Shown here: positions 18,510-27,884 of the stretch, piece by piece
Layout of the letters: each line of letters begins with the position of its first letter
Numbering within the stretch: the first letter of the stretch is position 1
IMG/VR virus record: IMGVR_UViG_3300025653_000168
Location: 1 to 30,543 of that record
Direction: 5' to 3' (one strand)
Origin: a virus
Taxonomy: Duplodnaviria; Caudoviricetes
Length of the DNA stretch: 30,543 bases
Position numbers and translations under genes: made by a program
Notes under the pieces: generated by a model
Told to the model about the DNA's origin: nothing
Database searches by the model: none
What the model saw: only the letters and a program-made list of their open reading frames with translations

Positions 18510-21500
18510 TTACATTCCCCAGATATTATAAATTGCAGCAACTGTCACAATAGTTTGCTGATTGCCATCAAAAGAACTTATATTCGGCAGTGGAGTTGTT
18601 CCAGTTTTTGTCATTCCACTTGATAAAGTTTTGGATTGATTGCCTCCACTAGGAACTGGCATCATTGTCATTGATGATTTAGATGGAGGTGTACTTGGAA
18701 TTGTTGGAGTTTTTGTTGGAGCAATTTTTGGTTGAGTTGGTGGAGTATATGAAGAACCTCTATTTTCTCTTCTCTTTTGGAATGTTGACTGTAATAATGT
18801 TGGTTTTGGTTGATTGGGTTGAGAAAATGTTGGACTTAATGGATCAGAAGATGGACCATTTATTTTTGCATTTTCGGAAGCAATTATGACTCTTCTTTCA
18901 ACTTCTTCTGGAGAAAGACCTTCTGCTCTTGCCTTTGCTCTTGCTTCTTGTGCTGCCTTAAATACATGTGGCGCTGAAGCAGCAGTCTTTGTAGGATCTA
19001 ATATACTTGAACCACCACTACCTCCCACCTGATTAGATTTATTAGAAATAAAGTTAGAAACTGAAGAAGAATTATTTCCTCCAGTAAAAGATTAGAAACT
19101 GAAGAAGAATTATTTCCTCCAGTAAAAGATTTAGAAACTGAAGAGGATGAGTTATTTCCTTCAACAAAAGAGTTAGAAACTGAAGAAGAATTATTTCCTC
19201 CAGTCATAAAGTTAGAAACTGAAGAAGAATTATTTCCTCCAGTCATAAAGTTAGAAACTGAAGAGGATGAGTTATTTCCTCCAACAAAAGAGTTAGAAAC
19301 TGAAGAAGAATTGTTTCCTCCAACAAAAGAGTTAGAAACTGAAGAAGAATTGTTTCCTCCAACAAAAGAGTTAGAAACTGAAGAAGAATTATTTCCTCCA
19401 GTCATAAAGTTAGAAACTGAAGAAGAATTGTTTCCTCCGGTGACTGGAGGTCCTCCTCCCATTCCCATGGCATAAGAATTATTATTCCTGACAAATGAAA
19501 CTGAAGAAGATGAATAATTTCTTGCATTTATTGCAGATCCTCCTCCCATTGGATTTGAAGATGTAGAAGAAGATGGTGAAGAATTATTTGGACCATTAAT
19601 ATATCTACCAGATTCTAATGCATCAAGATATCTTTGCTGAACTCCACTCCCTTCTACAGCAACATTCCAAGAAACATCATATCCAGATTTGTCAGTACCA
19701 GTACTAGAAACATCAGAATCTACAGCAACTGATTTAAGTGATTCTGGTGCTGCTGAAGGATTATCTGCACCTGGTAAAAAGCTTGTTCCTTCACCTTCTT
19801 CATCTTTACCTGGTATAGAAAATTCTGCTGCCGCTCTTGCAGCATTATTTTTTGCTTCATTTTCAGTTACATTTAATTTTTTCCAATAATCATAATTTGC
19901 TTTATAAGATCTAGTGTACCAATACCAGAGATCTGCATCTTTATGAGTTTCTACTTTTATATTTTTAGTATCAACTTGTCCTGCAGTATCATCCCAAGAG
20001 AACCATTTTTTCAGTTCCATAGAGTTTATAACTGCTTGTCCTTCTGGACTCTGAGGGTTTACTCCAGTAAATTTATCATTTAATCCCAAGAAAGAACTTT
20101 GAACCAACTTATTAATTTGTTTTACGGTATAAGTTGCTTCTTTACTATTAGAATTTCCTATTCTTTCATATCTTATAACATAATTTTTCTTTTCTTTATC
20201 GCCAATCTTTACATGTGTTGTATTTTTTGTATTTTGTATATATTCATTTGGAATTAACTTTCTACCCTCCTGAGTTTGAACATTTGGGGAATTTGAGGGT
20301 GGATCATTAACCTTTAAATTTTGTTCTACTGTATTTTTTTCAGGTCCGATTTGGGTTTCTGTATTTTTTGTTGTTTCTACACTGCTAGACGAACTAGTAG
20401 ATTCATTGTGTTTGTGTGCATCATCTTTACGCTTAACTCCCCCACTTCCTTGACCTCTTTCACCACCAACAGATCCACCTGTGTTCATTGCTTCAATATT
20501 AATATCACCAATGTTTGCAGTTCTTCTTTCAGATCTTCCGCCAAACATATAATTAACTTTATCAAGATAATCTTCTCCACCCAACCAGTCAACTGCTCCA
20601 GGTTTTAAAACATATTCACCAAGAGAAAGTGCAGTTAAGTATTGATCTGGACCTAATCCAGATATTTTTGTATTCACTGTATCATTATTAACAACTCCAC
20701 CTTTATTTGAAACAGTATCATTTCCAATAGTAGGAGTTTTTCTTGGAGGTGGAGTTGTAGACCCACCCATATTCTTAATAAGAACGGGACTAGGTCTAGT
20801 AATAGATCCACCTACACTCTTAGCAATAACTGGTTTAATTGGTTCAATAGATCCACCACTAAACTTTACATTAACTCCGGGAGAAGACTGTGGTTGCGAT
20901 TCTCCTTTCTGTTGTGGTTCTGGTTCTCTATTTCCAACAATATCCGGTGCTTGAAGTTCGGGCATTTCCGGAATATTTGGAACAACACCCTTATCTGAAT
21001 CATTTGGTAATTGTGGTGATCCTGGAATAAATTTAAGTGCACCATTTACCATATCAATAAATCCACTTATGGCAGAATTTATAGAATCAATAAATCCTCT
21101 TACTGGTTGAATAAGTTTATTATCAATAAATTGTAAAATACTATTAAAGACTCCAACAATACCATCAAGTAAATCTTGTATTGGCTGCAAAAGAATTTTT
21201 GGATTTTCAATAACAGCCATTAACCATTGAACTGCTGATCCCAAAAGGACCATCATAATAAAGTTCTTTATAGTATCAAAAATATTCGTAAATGGTTTTG
21301 TGACTTTATCAAGTAATTTTGATCCTTTTGAATCTTGTTTTTTCGATTCTAATTTGGACTCTCTTCCTGCCTTTTTTTGTTTATTTTGTTGAATTCTATT
21401 TCTTTCTTGTGCTTTTTTATTTGCTTGTGATTGCTTTTTAAAAATATTTACAATATCTTCTGTAAGACTACGAATCTCTTTAACTATACTTAAAAGATCA

Positions 21501-21943
21501 CCGTTTACAAATTTATATAATTTATCAACTTTATTATCTTTTTGCTCTTCTACATCATCAATTTTTGGTTCTGCCTGACTTGCCTTTATTGCTCCTGGAG
21601 AACCAGCTAAAAGTTTTGATGCGTCCGTAATTGGTTTATTTTGTTCTTGATTTGTTTCTTTTTTTCTTCCAAAGAAACTATCTACATTTACTGTTTTCTT
21701 TGGTGGAGTAGTAAATTTATAATCTTTTAAATCTCTTATTCTTTTTCTCTCATTGGCAAGTTTTGCCAAATCTTCCTCGGATAACTTCGAGTCTTTTTCA
21801 AAAGCAGCCTTTGCTATTTTTTCTCGAAGAAGAGAAAAATAGTCATCATAATCAAGATCAAAGTCATCCTCCAACCCAAGAAGTTTGGCAATTTCTGGAT
21901 CTATAATTTGAGTTTTAGTTTGGGTTGGATCCTCGGCTGCCAT
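18510..21943 (-). CDS. tape-measure-like / baseplate hub-associated protein, frameshifted near 19092 (track ORFs 18998-21943 and 18510-19028 are probably one ~1144-aa gene)
   Basis: Coiled-coil N-terminus, amphipathic helices, DQYLTALSLGEYVL..AV motif of tape-measure-type proteins; adding one base at 19092-19093 restores the repeat and joins the two ORFs. Confidence 0.75.
19045..19438. repeat. ~39-bp (some 42-bp) tandem repeat, about 10 units, encoding GGNNSSSVSN(SFV/FMT)
   Basis: TTAGAAACTGAAGAAGAATT(A/G)TTTCCTCC core recurring at 39/42-nt spacing. Confidence 0.96.
19589..19687. repeat. dispersed 99-bp repeat, copy 2
   Basis: Encodes SGYDVSWNVAVEGSGVQQRYLDALESGRYINGP; near-identical to 14726-14824. 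Confidence 0.95.
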
Positions 21944-21949
21944 GAATTA

Positions 21950-22123
21950 CTAACTCTTTTGTTGTTGTTTTTGCCTTTCTTCTTCCAAGTGCTGTTCCAA
22001 TAATGTAACATATACATCACGTTCCCAAGGCATCATATTCTCAATCTCAGTCAATGAATATTTATGATACTGAATCAAGGCAAAATTCAACTTATAATAG
22101 TTAGCAAGGTCCATATGGACCAT
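21950..22123 (-). CDS. gp51: baseplate hub assembly protein gp51-like (57 aa)
   Basis: Not in the ORF track; MVHMDLANYYKLNFALIQYHKYSLTEIENMMPWERDVYVTLLEQHLEEE..., with the PWER motif, directly after gp26. Confidence 0.88.
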   Translation of the reverse strand: MVHMDLANYYKLNFALIQYHKYSLTEIENMMPWERDVYVTLLEQHLEEERQKQQQKS

Positions 22124-22125
22124 GG

Positions 22126-22848
22126 CTACCCGAAAAAACTAGAAAGTCCTTCTAAAACAATCTCACTCTCAACTTTAGTGTTTGGATTTTTAATAGTAGT
22201 TGAATAATGCAATTTTGGCATAGTTTCAAAGAACTTCTCAATTTGTTTAAATTGAGTTGAATTCATTTGTTCCAAGAAATCAACCAGTTCTTTCTTGGTT
22301 ACATCGGAAGAAGCCCAAACTTCCTCAGAATTGTAAATTTTATCAATACAAGAAACAATCAAATCAAATGATTGATCCATATTATTTGTATTAGCAGAAA
22401 AATCAAAATTGCTCTTAATAAACTGTTCAAGTGATGGATACTTCATTTCCATCATCAAATTATCATCAATTTTGATTTGATTTGTGTGCTCATCATTTCT
22501 TTTAATTTCAATTTCATCAATTGCAATTTCTTTTTTTACAGTTGTATCATTATCATCTGGGCAAATTAGATTGACCTCAATTACTTCCCCAACCGATTTT
22601 CCACGAATATTCAAAAACAAGTATTCAATATCAAATGTAGGAAGTGCTTCTACTTTAACTCCCCTAGTTTGAATGCAGTTTTTAATAACTGTTTTAATTG
22701 CAGTTGTAATTTCTTTTGTATCCTCACTTTCCAAAGCAAGAACTAAAAGTTTTTCTTCTCTAACTAGAAATGGTCTATACTTAATGTTTTGACCAGTTGA
22801 AGGTAATTCCAACTCATATGTTGGTGTAGAAATCTTTGGTAAAGGCAT
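22126..22848 (-). CDS. gp26: baseplate hub subunit gp26
   Basis: MPLPKISTPTYELELPS...YRPFLVREEK.L...FDIEYLFLNIRGKSVGE...FFETMPKL. Confidence 0.92.
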   Translation of the reverse strand: MPLPKISTPTYELELPSTGQNIKYRPFLVREEKLLVLALESEDTKEITTAIKTVIKNCIQTRGVKVEALPTFDIEYLFLNIRGKSVGEVIEVNLICPDDNDTTVKKEIAIDEIEIKRNDEHTNQIKIDDNLMMEMKYPSLEQFIKSNFDFSANTNNMDQSFDLIVSCIDKIYNSEEVWASSDVTKKELVDFLEQMNSTQFKQIEKFFETMPKLHYSTTIKNPNTKVESEIVLEGLSSFFG

Positions 22849-22875
22849 AATGTCCTATAGATGTTTCAGGTGTTT

Positions 22876-22883
22876 TATTTATT
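22876..22883 (-). promoter_or_regulatory. late promoter AATAAATA upstream of gp26
   Basis: T4-like late consensus about 28 nt before the ATG, in an intergenic gap. Confidence 0.7.
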
Positions 22884-22890
22884 GTAGTTA

Positions 22891-23802
22891 TTAAAAGATA
22901 TTGAAAGAATTTCTTATATTTTGTTCATCACGTATTAGGTCCAAATCCTGTTGAGGAATTGAACTGTCAGGATTCAATCTTGGTCTATTTGTATTTGTAG
23001 TGAATGGATTATCTACCAGATTTTGAGCAGCAGTATTGAGAGTTGGTGCATCTGAGAGTGAGAAATTTGCATCCTGCTCAAAAACTGGTAGATCCTCAGT
23101 ATAATCAAAATAACTTGAATTTGCAGCAGCTTGTTCTGATGGACTTGTTGATGGTGCTGGACCAACTCTTGCAGTTGCTGTATATGGACTAAATCTACTT
23201 TTAACCACGTATCTAGTATATGAGAATGATACAGTTACTTTTAATAAATCACTTTGTTCATAAGAAATTGGTGTTGATGCAATATTAATTGGAAAAGCGT
23301 CTATAAAGTTATATCCTATTTTATATTTTGGTGCCGATTTTGTAATATCCTTTTCAAATTTTAAAAGTCTAATTCTTGTTTTATATGACTTTGGATAAGT
23401 CATTCTATAAAAAGTTGTTGGGTCAGTGTACTCATCTTGACCAAAGTAATTTCCTTCGCCAACAATAAAACTCATCCATCCTAAAAAATATTTAAGAGTG
23501 TTGTATCTATAATCAACATAAAAAGTCAAATCAATTGTATCGTCATATATTCTACGATATGCCATTTTTTCACTTGTTCCATGATAATCATTATTGACTT
23601 CATGTGTTGCTAAACTAGATCCAGGAAGACTTGCTTCACAACAAGCCAAATTAATAGCCTCCTGATCCTTTGGTAAATTAACTCCAACAAAATTATTAAT
23701 ATTTCGTTTAGTCAAAATTTCAACAGCATATACTGAAGTTTGTGCTGGATGCAATAACTTTTGCTTAATCTCTGACACCTTATAATGTCTAGCTAATGGC
23801 AT
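22891..23802 (-). CDS. tail tube initiator-like protein (gp54/gp19 family)
   Basis: C.EASLPG...LTFYVD...FIDAFPINI....SY.....KVTVSFSYTRY tail-tube fold motifs. Confidence 0.75.
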   Translation of the reverse strand: MPLARHYKVSEIKQKLLHPAQTSVYAVEILTKRNINNFVGVNLPKDQEAINLACCEASLPGSSLATHEVNNDYHGTSEKMAYRRIYDDTIDLTFYVDYRYNTLKYFLGWMSFIVGEGNYFGQDEYTDPTTFYRMTYPKSYKTRIRLLKFEKDITKSAPKYKIGYNFIDAFPINIASTPISYEQSDLLKVTVSFSYTRYVVKSRFSPYTATARVGPAPSTSPSEQAAANSSYFDYTEDLPVFEQDANFSLSDAPTLNTAAQNLVDNPFTTNTNRPRLNPDSSIPQQDLDLIRDEQNIRNSFNIF

Positions 23803-23810
23803 AGCACTAA

Positions 23811-23818
23811 AATAAATA
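23811..23818 (+). promoter_or_regulatory. late promoter AATAAATA upstream of gp4
   Basis: In the divergent intergenic region, 29 nt before the ATG at 23848. Confidence 0.6.
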
Positions 23819-23847
23819 CCTTTACTTATATATTATGTAGTAAGGCA

Positions 23848-24294
23848 ATGAGAGATAAGTATCATCAAGGAAAATTTCATCCACAGAATCCAGAAAAATA
23901 TAAAGGTGATGTAAGAAATATTATATACAGAAGTTCTTGGGAACTTCGTTTTATGAGATATTGTGATAGGAAAGTTAATATTTTAGAATGGGGAAGTGAA
24001 GAATTTTTTATTCCTTATGTTTCTCCAGTTGATGGTAGAGTTCACAAATATTTTCCAGATTTTTTTGTAAAGATACAAGAAAGAAGTGGTGCAATAAAAA
24101 AATATGTAATTGAAGTTAAACCAAAGAGTCAAACAAAAAGACCGATTAAAACTCCAAGAAAAAGAAACAAAACCTTTATTACAGAAGCACTAACATATGA
24201 AAAAAATGTTGCTAAGTGGAAAGCAGCAACAGAATGGTGCAAAGATCGTATGTTAGAATTCAAAATCATAACAGAAGATGAATTGGGCCTATAA
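23848..24294 (+). CDS. gp4: head completion nuclease gp4 (TnsA-like)
   Basis: P.NPEKYKGD..NIIYRSSWE...WGSEE..IPY.SP.D...HKYFPDF...EVKP...AKWKAA.. Confidence 0.93.
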   Translation: MRDKYHQGKFHPQNPEKYKGDVRNIIYRSSWELRFMRYCDRKVNILEWGSEEFFIPYVSPVDGRVHKYFPDFFVKIQERSGAIKKYVIEVKPKSQTKRPIKTPRKRNKTFITEALTYEKNVAKWKAATEWCKDRMLEFKIITEDELGL

Positions 24295-24303
24295 ATATAA
24301 ATA
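24290..24303 (+). promoter_or_regulatory. two overlapping late promoters TATAAATA
   Basis: TATAAATATAAATA at 24290-24303 upstream of gp48. Confidence 0.75.
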
Positions 24304-24321
24304 AAGAACTTGCAAGTCATA

Positions 24322-24384
24322 ATGACTAGTATAAGAAGTGTAAAAAAAATTGCTGGTTCCCTTGCGAGTAGGGAGGAATTCTAA
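24322..24384 (+). CDS. putative 20-aa leader ORF (MTSIRSVKKIAGSLASREEF) coupled to gp48
   Basis: ATG 24322, TAA 24382-24384 overlapping the gp48 ATG (TAATG). Confidence 0.35.
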   Translation: MTSIRSVKKIAGSLASREEF

Positions 24385-25820
24385 TGCCATTCTGGAATGT
24401 AACTAGTACAACATTAGAAAATGGAGTGACTTATGTTGGGGGCACAAGTGCATATAAAGATGATAATGGTAAAAATAAATTAACAACAATAACTGCAAAT
24501 AATACAACTGGTTATGTTCCAGTTGTTCCGGGTGCAACGGCAACTATTAGGGATAATCCACCAGGATTAAAGGGTCTTAGTTATGCCGTTCAAACTGATG
24601 GAAAAATAACGTACCAATACACAGATCCATCTGGCGGAACAAGACAATTTAATAGTATTCAAGATTTGGCAAATGCACAAATTACTGGTTATAACGCAAA
24701 TACTACATTATTGATTAAAAATGGGATGCAATCCAACTTGAAGCAATTGGCAGAAAATGCCAATGTTGGTCCATCTACAGCAACAACACAAGGGCAACCA
24801 GGTGCCGATTCAAATCCTCAAAATGGTTCAACTTCTACTCCAAATACAGGAGATCCGAATAATCAGGGAAATGCTGCAAATACTGATATTGGAAGTAGAA
24901 TAAACAATTATAATAGCAGATTTGCCGAAAAAGATAAAACTCTGATATATCCAATAAATCGAAAAAATGCAAATGGTGGAGATTTTATTAAATTTGAAAT
25001 TTTAAGTTATCAAAAATCTGGTTTGGGAAATTCTGCCACAGCAGCAAGAGGACAAGTCACTCTTCCAGGAATGGAATATAGAACTAGAAATCTTTTAGGT
25101 TCAATATATCTTCCCATTCAATCGGGAATTGTTGAGGGTATGTCCGTTGATTGGGGTGGTGGAGAACTAAATCCAATCACTGCAGCATTTGCAAACTCTG
25201 CATATAATACAATTGGGTCTGCAGCAGAAGGTGATCTTGGAAAGTTTTTTGGTTCATTTAGTGGTAGTGCTGCTGAACTACAACAACTTTATAAAAGCGC
25301 CACACCCGAATTAAAATTAATGCTTCAAAATTATTTCGTTGAACAGGCAGTTAAAACAAATGGTCTTTTATCAAGAACTGTTGGTGGAGCAATTAATAAT
25401 AACTTAGAACTTCTTTTCAATGGTCCTATGTTAAGAAGTTTTACATTCAGCTTCAAATTAACACCAAGAGAGCAAAGAGAAGCACTTGTTATAAGAGATA
25501 TAATTAGGTGGTTTAAAAAGAGTATGGCACCAAGTTTATCAAACTCTCAATTATTCTTATTGGCACCAAATGTCTTCAAAATATCTTATGTTTATACAGG
25601 TGATGGATCTCAAAATAATGGTAATCACCCATATCTAAATAGAATTAAAGTCGCTGCATTGAGAGATATTGCTGTAAATTACACTCCAGACGGCAATTAT
25701 ATGACATATCAAGATGGATCAATGACTCAGTATGAATTAAATTTGACATTTGGAGAAATTGATCCAGTTTACGAAAATGATTATGAATTTGATGAAGGTT
25801 TAGTAGGAACTGGATGGTAA
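24384..25820 (+). CDS. gp48: baseplate tail tube cap gp48
   Basis: IYLPI...NNNLELLFNGPMLRSFTFSFKLTPR..EA..I..II.WFKK.MAP...VNYTPDG...LTFGEIDP; GGAGG RBS. Confidence 0.9.
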   Translation: MPFWNVTSTTLENGVTYVGGTSAYKDDNGKNKLTTITANNTTGYVPVVPGATATIRDNPPGLKGLSYAVQTDGKITYQYTDPSGGTRQFNSIQDLANAQITGYNANTTLLIKNGMQSNLKQLAENANVGPSTATTQGQPGADSNPQNGSTSTPNTGDPNNQGNAANTDIGSRINNYNSRFAEKDKTLIYPINRKNANGGDFIKFEILSYQKSGLGNSATAARGQVTLPGMEYRTRNLLGSIYLPIQSGIVEGMSVDWGGGELNPITAAFANSAYNTIGSAAEGDLGKFFGSFSGSAAELQQLYKSATPELKLMLQNYFVEQAVKTNGLLSRTVGGAINNNLELLFNGPMLRSFTFSFKLTPREQREALVIRDIIRWFKKSMAPSLSNSQLFLLAPNVFKISYVYTGDGSQNNGNHPYLNRIKVAALRDIAVNYTPDGNYMTYQDGSMTQYELNLTFGEIDPVYENDYEFDEGLVGTGW

Positions 25821-25823
25821 AAA

Positions 25824-26495
25824 ATGTCACTTTACTTTAGAAACATACCAAATTTAGAGTATATTAGTAGAGATGATAGATCAATCTCAGAATATACAAA
25901 AACAAAAAACCTTTTCACAAGAGGTAAAATAAGAGAAGATATATTCGGTGATCTTACCTATTTTACAAGATATGAAATTATAGGAGATGAAAGACCAGAT
26001 AATATAGCACTCAAAGTCTATAATGATGAAACATTAGATTGGGTGGTTATGTTATCAAATAATATTTTAAATCTCTATGATGAATGGCCTTTAACACAAG
26101 AATCTTTTGATTCTTATTTAATTGAAAAATATGGATCTTATAATATGCTAAATGCAACTCATCATTATGAAACTAAAGAAATTAGGGATTCTTTAGGAAA
26201 ATTAATTTTAAAAAGTGGATTAATTGTTCCAAAAAACTTTATATTAGAATATTATGATCCTGGAAAACTTCAAATATCCAATGTTTCTGGATTTAATGTT
26301 TACAATGAAATATCAAATTATGAGTACGAAGAAAGAATAGAAAATAAAAAAAGAAATATTTTTCTACTGAAAGAAAATTATTTGTCTTTAATTTTAGATG
26401 ATGTAGAAACAAAGTTAAAATATAAAAAGGGTAGTACCCAATATATTGGGCCTACCCTTAAAAGAGTTGATAATATCAGATTATATAATAATTAA
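25824..26495 (+). CDS. gp53: baseplate wedge subunit gp53
   Basis: YF..PNLEY...Y.I.GDERPDNIA..VY....LDWVVM..NNI....EWP...HHYETKE...NYEYE...E.KKRNI. Confidence 0.92.
   Translation: MSLYFRNIPNLEYISRDDRSISEYTKTKNLFTRGKIREDIFGDLTYFTRYEIIGDERPDNIALKVYNDETLDWVVMLSNNILNLYDEWPLTQESFDSYLIEKYGSYNMLNATHHYETKEIRDSLGKLILKSGLIVPKNFILEYYDPGKLQISNVSGFNVYNEISNYEYEERIENKKRNIFLLKENYLSLILDDVETKLKYKKGSTQYIGPTLKRVDNIRLYNN
26424..26459 (-). terminator. rho-independent terminator for gp32, embedded in the 3' end of the convergent gp53
   Basis: Minus strand AAGGGTAGGCCCAATATATTGGGTACTACCC followed by TTTTT, about 35 nt after the gp32 stop. Confidence 0.7.
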
Positions 26496-27464
26496 TCAAT
26501 CATCAACCAGTTTTTTAAAGTAACTCATTGCATCATCTTCATCTTCATCATCCTGGTGAGATTTGGGAAGACTGTTGATTTCTTCACGAAGTTCTGGAGT
26601 GAGTGACTTACTCTTATTGTAAGATTCTTCCAATTCTTTCAACACATCTTCCTCACGGTTCTTGGGTTGAGAATAAGATTCCAGTGCATCTTCTTGTTCA
26701 TAAGTAGATGCTTTTGGAGCAACTTTTCCAATACCAAGAACATAATTCAGACGCTTTTCAAGTTCCTCATAGGTCTTGAATTGATCGGGAGCAGCAAGGG
26801 CAGCAAGAGAATACTGCTTTTTCCAGATTGTCTCTAGAGCATCGTCATCATCAAACAGAGCACTAGAACGATCAAATTCAGACTTATCATAGTTCCAGTA
26901 ACCTTCAACCTTACGAATCTTCAAGCGGAAGTTTGCACCAGACCAGAAGTCGAAAGGATTGATTGGATCTTCATCATCAAACTCTGGTTGCATAGCATTC
27001 ATAATCTTATCAAAGATCTTCTTACCATACTTAAAGAGGAAGACTTTACCTTCGTTCTGAGGATTTGCGGGATCCTTTACAACATAAATGTTGGAGTAAT
27101 AAGAAAGTTTACGCTTCTGCTTACGAACAGTCTCCTTATCCTTATCATTACCGCTGTTCCAAAGAGTACGATTATACTCAGTTACAGGGTCTTTCTGACC
27201 AAGAGTAGTCAGAGAGTTTTCGATATACCAACCACCATTTCCTTGGAATCCATGAGAAAAGATTTTTGCCCAAGGAAGATCTTCACCTTCTGGAGCAGGA
27301 AGGAAACGAATAATTGCGGAACCAACACCGCTCTTATCCATTTCAGGTTTCCAAAAACGGTCATCTGCGCTGCTAGGACCGTTGTTCATCTTTTCAACTT
27401 CTTTCACCAGTTTGTTGGTGAGAGAACCCAGTTTGGACTGCTTCTTAAGACTTTCGAATGACAT
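26496..27464 (-). CDS. gp32: single-stranded DNA-binding protein gp32
   Basis: DDRFWKP..DKSG.G.AIIRFLPA...GWYIENSLTT.GQKDPV...YGKKIFDKI...NYDKSEF; acidic C-terminus. Confidence 0.96.
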   Translation of the reverse strand: MSFESLKKQSKLGSLTNKLVKEVEKMNNGPSSADDRFWKPEMDKSGVGSAIIRFLPAPEGEDLPWAKIFSHGFQGNGGWYIENSLTTLGQKDPVTEYNRTLWNSGNDKDKETVRKQKRKLSYYSNIYVVKDPANPQNEGKVFLFKYGKKIFDKIMNAMQPEFDDEDPINPFDFWSGANFRLKIRKVEGYWNYDKSEFDRSSALFDDDDALETIWKKQYSLAALAAPDQFKTYEELEKRLNYVLGIGKVAPKASTYEQEDALESYSQPKNREEDVLKELEESYNKSKSLTPELREEINSLPKSHQDDEDEDDAMSYFKKLVDD

Positions 27465-27536
27465 TTTTTTACCTCGTATTTGTTAGTATTTGGCCTGTGG
27501 GGTTTGCTTTGGTGCGGATTCCCTAGCCGCTTGCTT

Positions 27537-27565
27537 ATAATAGCACGGACCTCAGTCCTGGTCAA
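27537..27565 (-). promoter_or_regulatory. sigma70-type promoter of gp32
   Basis: TTGACC (27565-27560) - 17 nt - TATTAT (27542-27537) with an extended -10 TG. Confidence 0.75.
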
Positions 27566-27884
27566 TAGCCTTTTTCATTGTATCAATGAGTCTTGTCATA
27601 TTACTAAAAATCATATTGATGTCAGAAGTTTTTGGAATTCCCATTGCTTCAGCAGATTCTAAAACTTTTGCTTTCATCTCCCTTGCTTCTGGATCTTCTG
27701 ATAAACTCATTCTAGTATACAGAATTTGTTGTTTTTCGAGAAGTTTTTGTAACAAATCAACGTGTTGAAGTTTTTCTTCTTTATTCATCATAAAGAACTT
27801 ATATACATTGTGATATATTTCTTCCTGAAGTTCGGAAATTTCTGCCATTTCTGCTCTTACAACTTCTGATTCGAAGAAGCTCAC
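27552..27884 (-). CDS. conserved cyanophage protein (DUF1825-like)
   Basis: MSFFESEVVRAEM.EI.ELQ...L.EKQ.ILYTR.SLS.DPEA; located between gp59 and gp32. Confidence 0.8.
   Translation of the reverse strand: MSFFESEVVRAEMAEISELQEEIYHNVYKFFMMNKEEKLQHVDLLQKLLEKQQILYTRMSLSEDPEAREMKAKVLESAEAMGIPKTSDINMIFSNMTRLIDTMKKAIDQD

Noticed and set aside
18510-19028. Independent 172-aa gene
   Set aside because: Its frame continues upstream into the tandem repeat; better explained as the frameshifted C-terminus of the upstream gene
19045-19438. Regular ~39-bp repeats resembling a mini-CRISPR array
   Set aside because: No unique spacers; unit lengths are multiples of 3 and encode a Ser/Asn/Gly linker within a CDS
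14726-19687. Diversity-generating retroelement TR/VR pair
   Set aside because: Both copies are coding, the differences are mostly synonymous and not confined to adenines of one copy, and no reverse transcriptase is in the window
23848-24294. TnsA-like endonuclease as a mobile element or homing endonuclease
   Set aside because: Matches core head-completion gp4 in its expected position next to gp48/gp53; no terminal repeats
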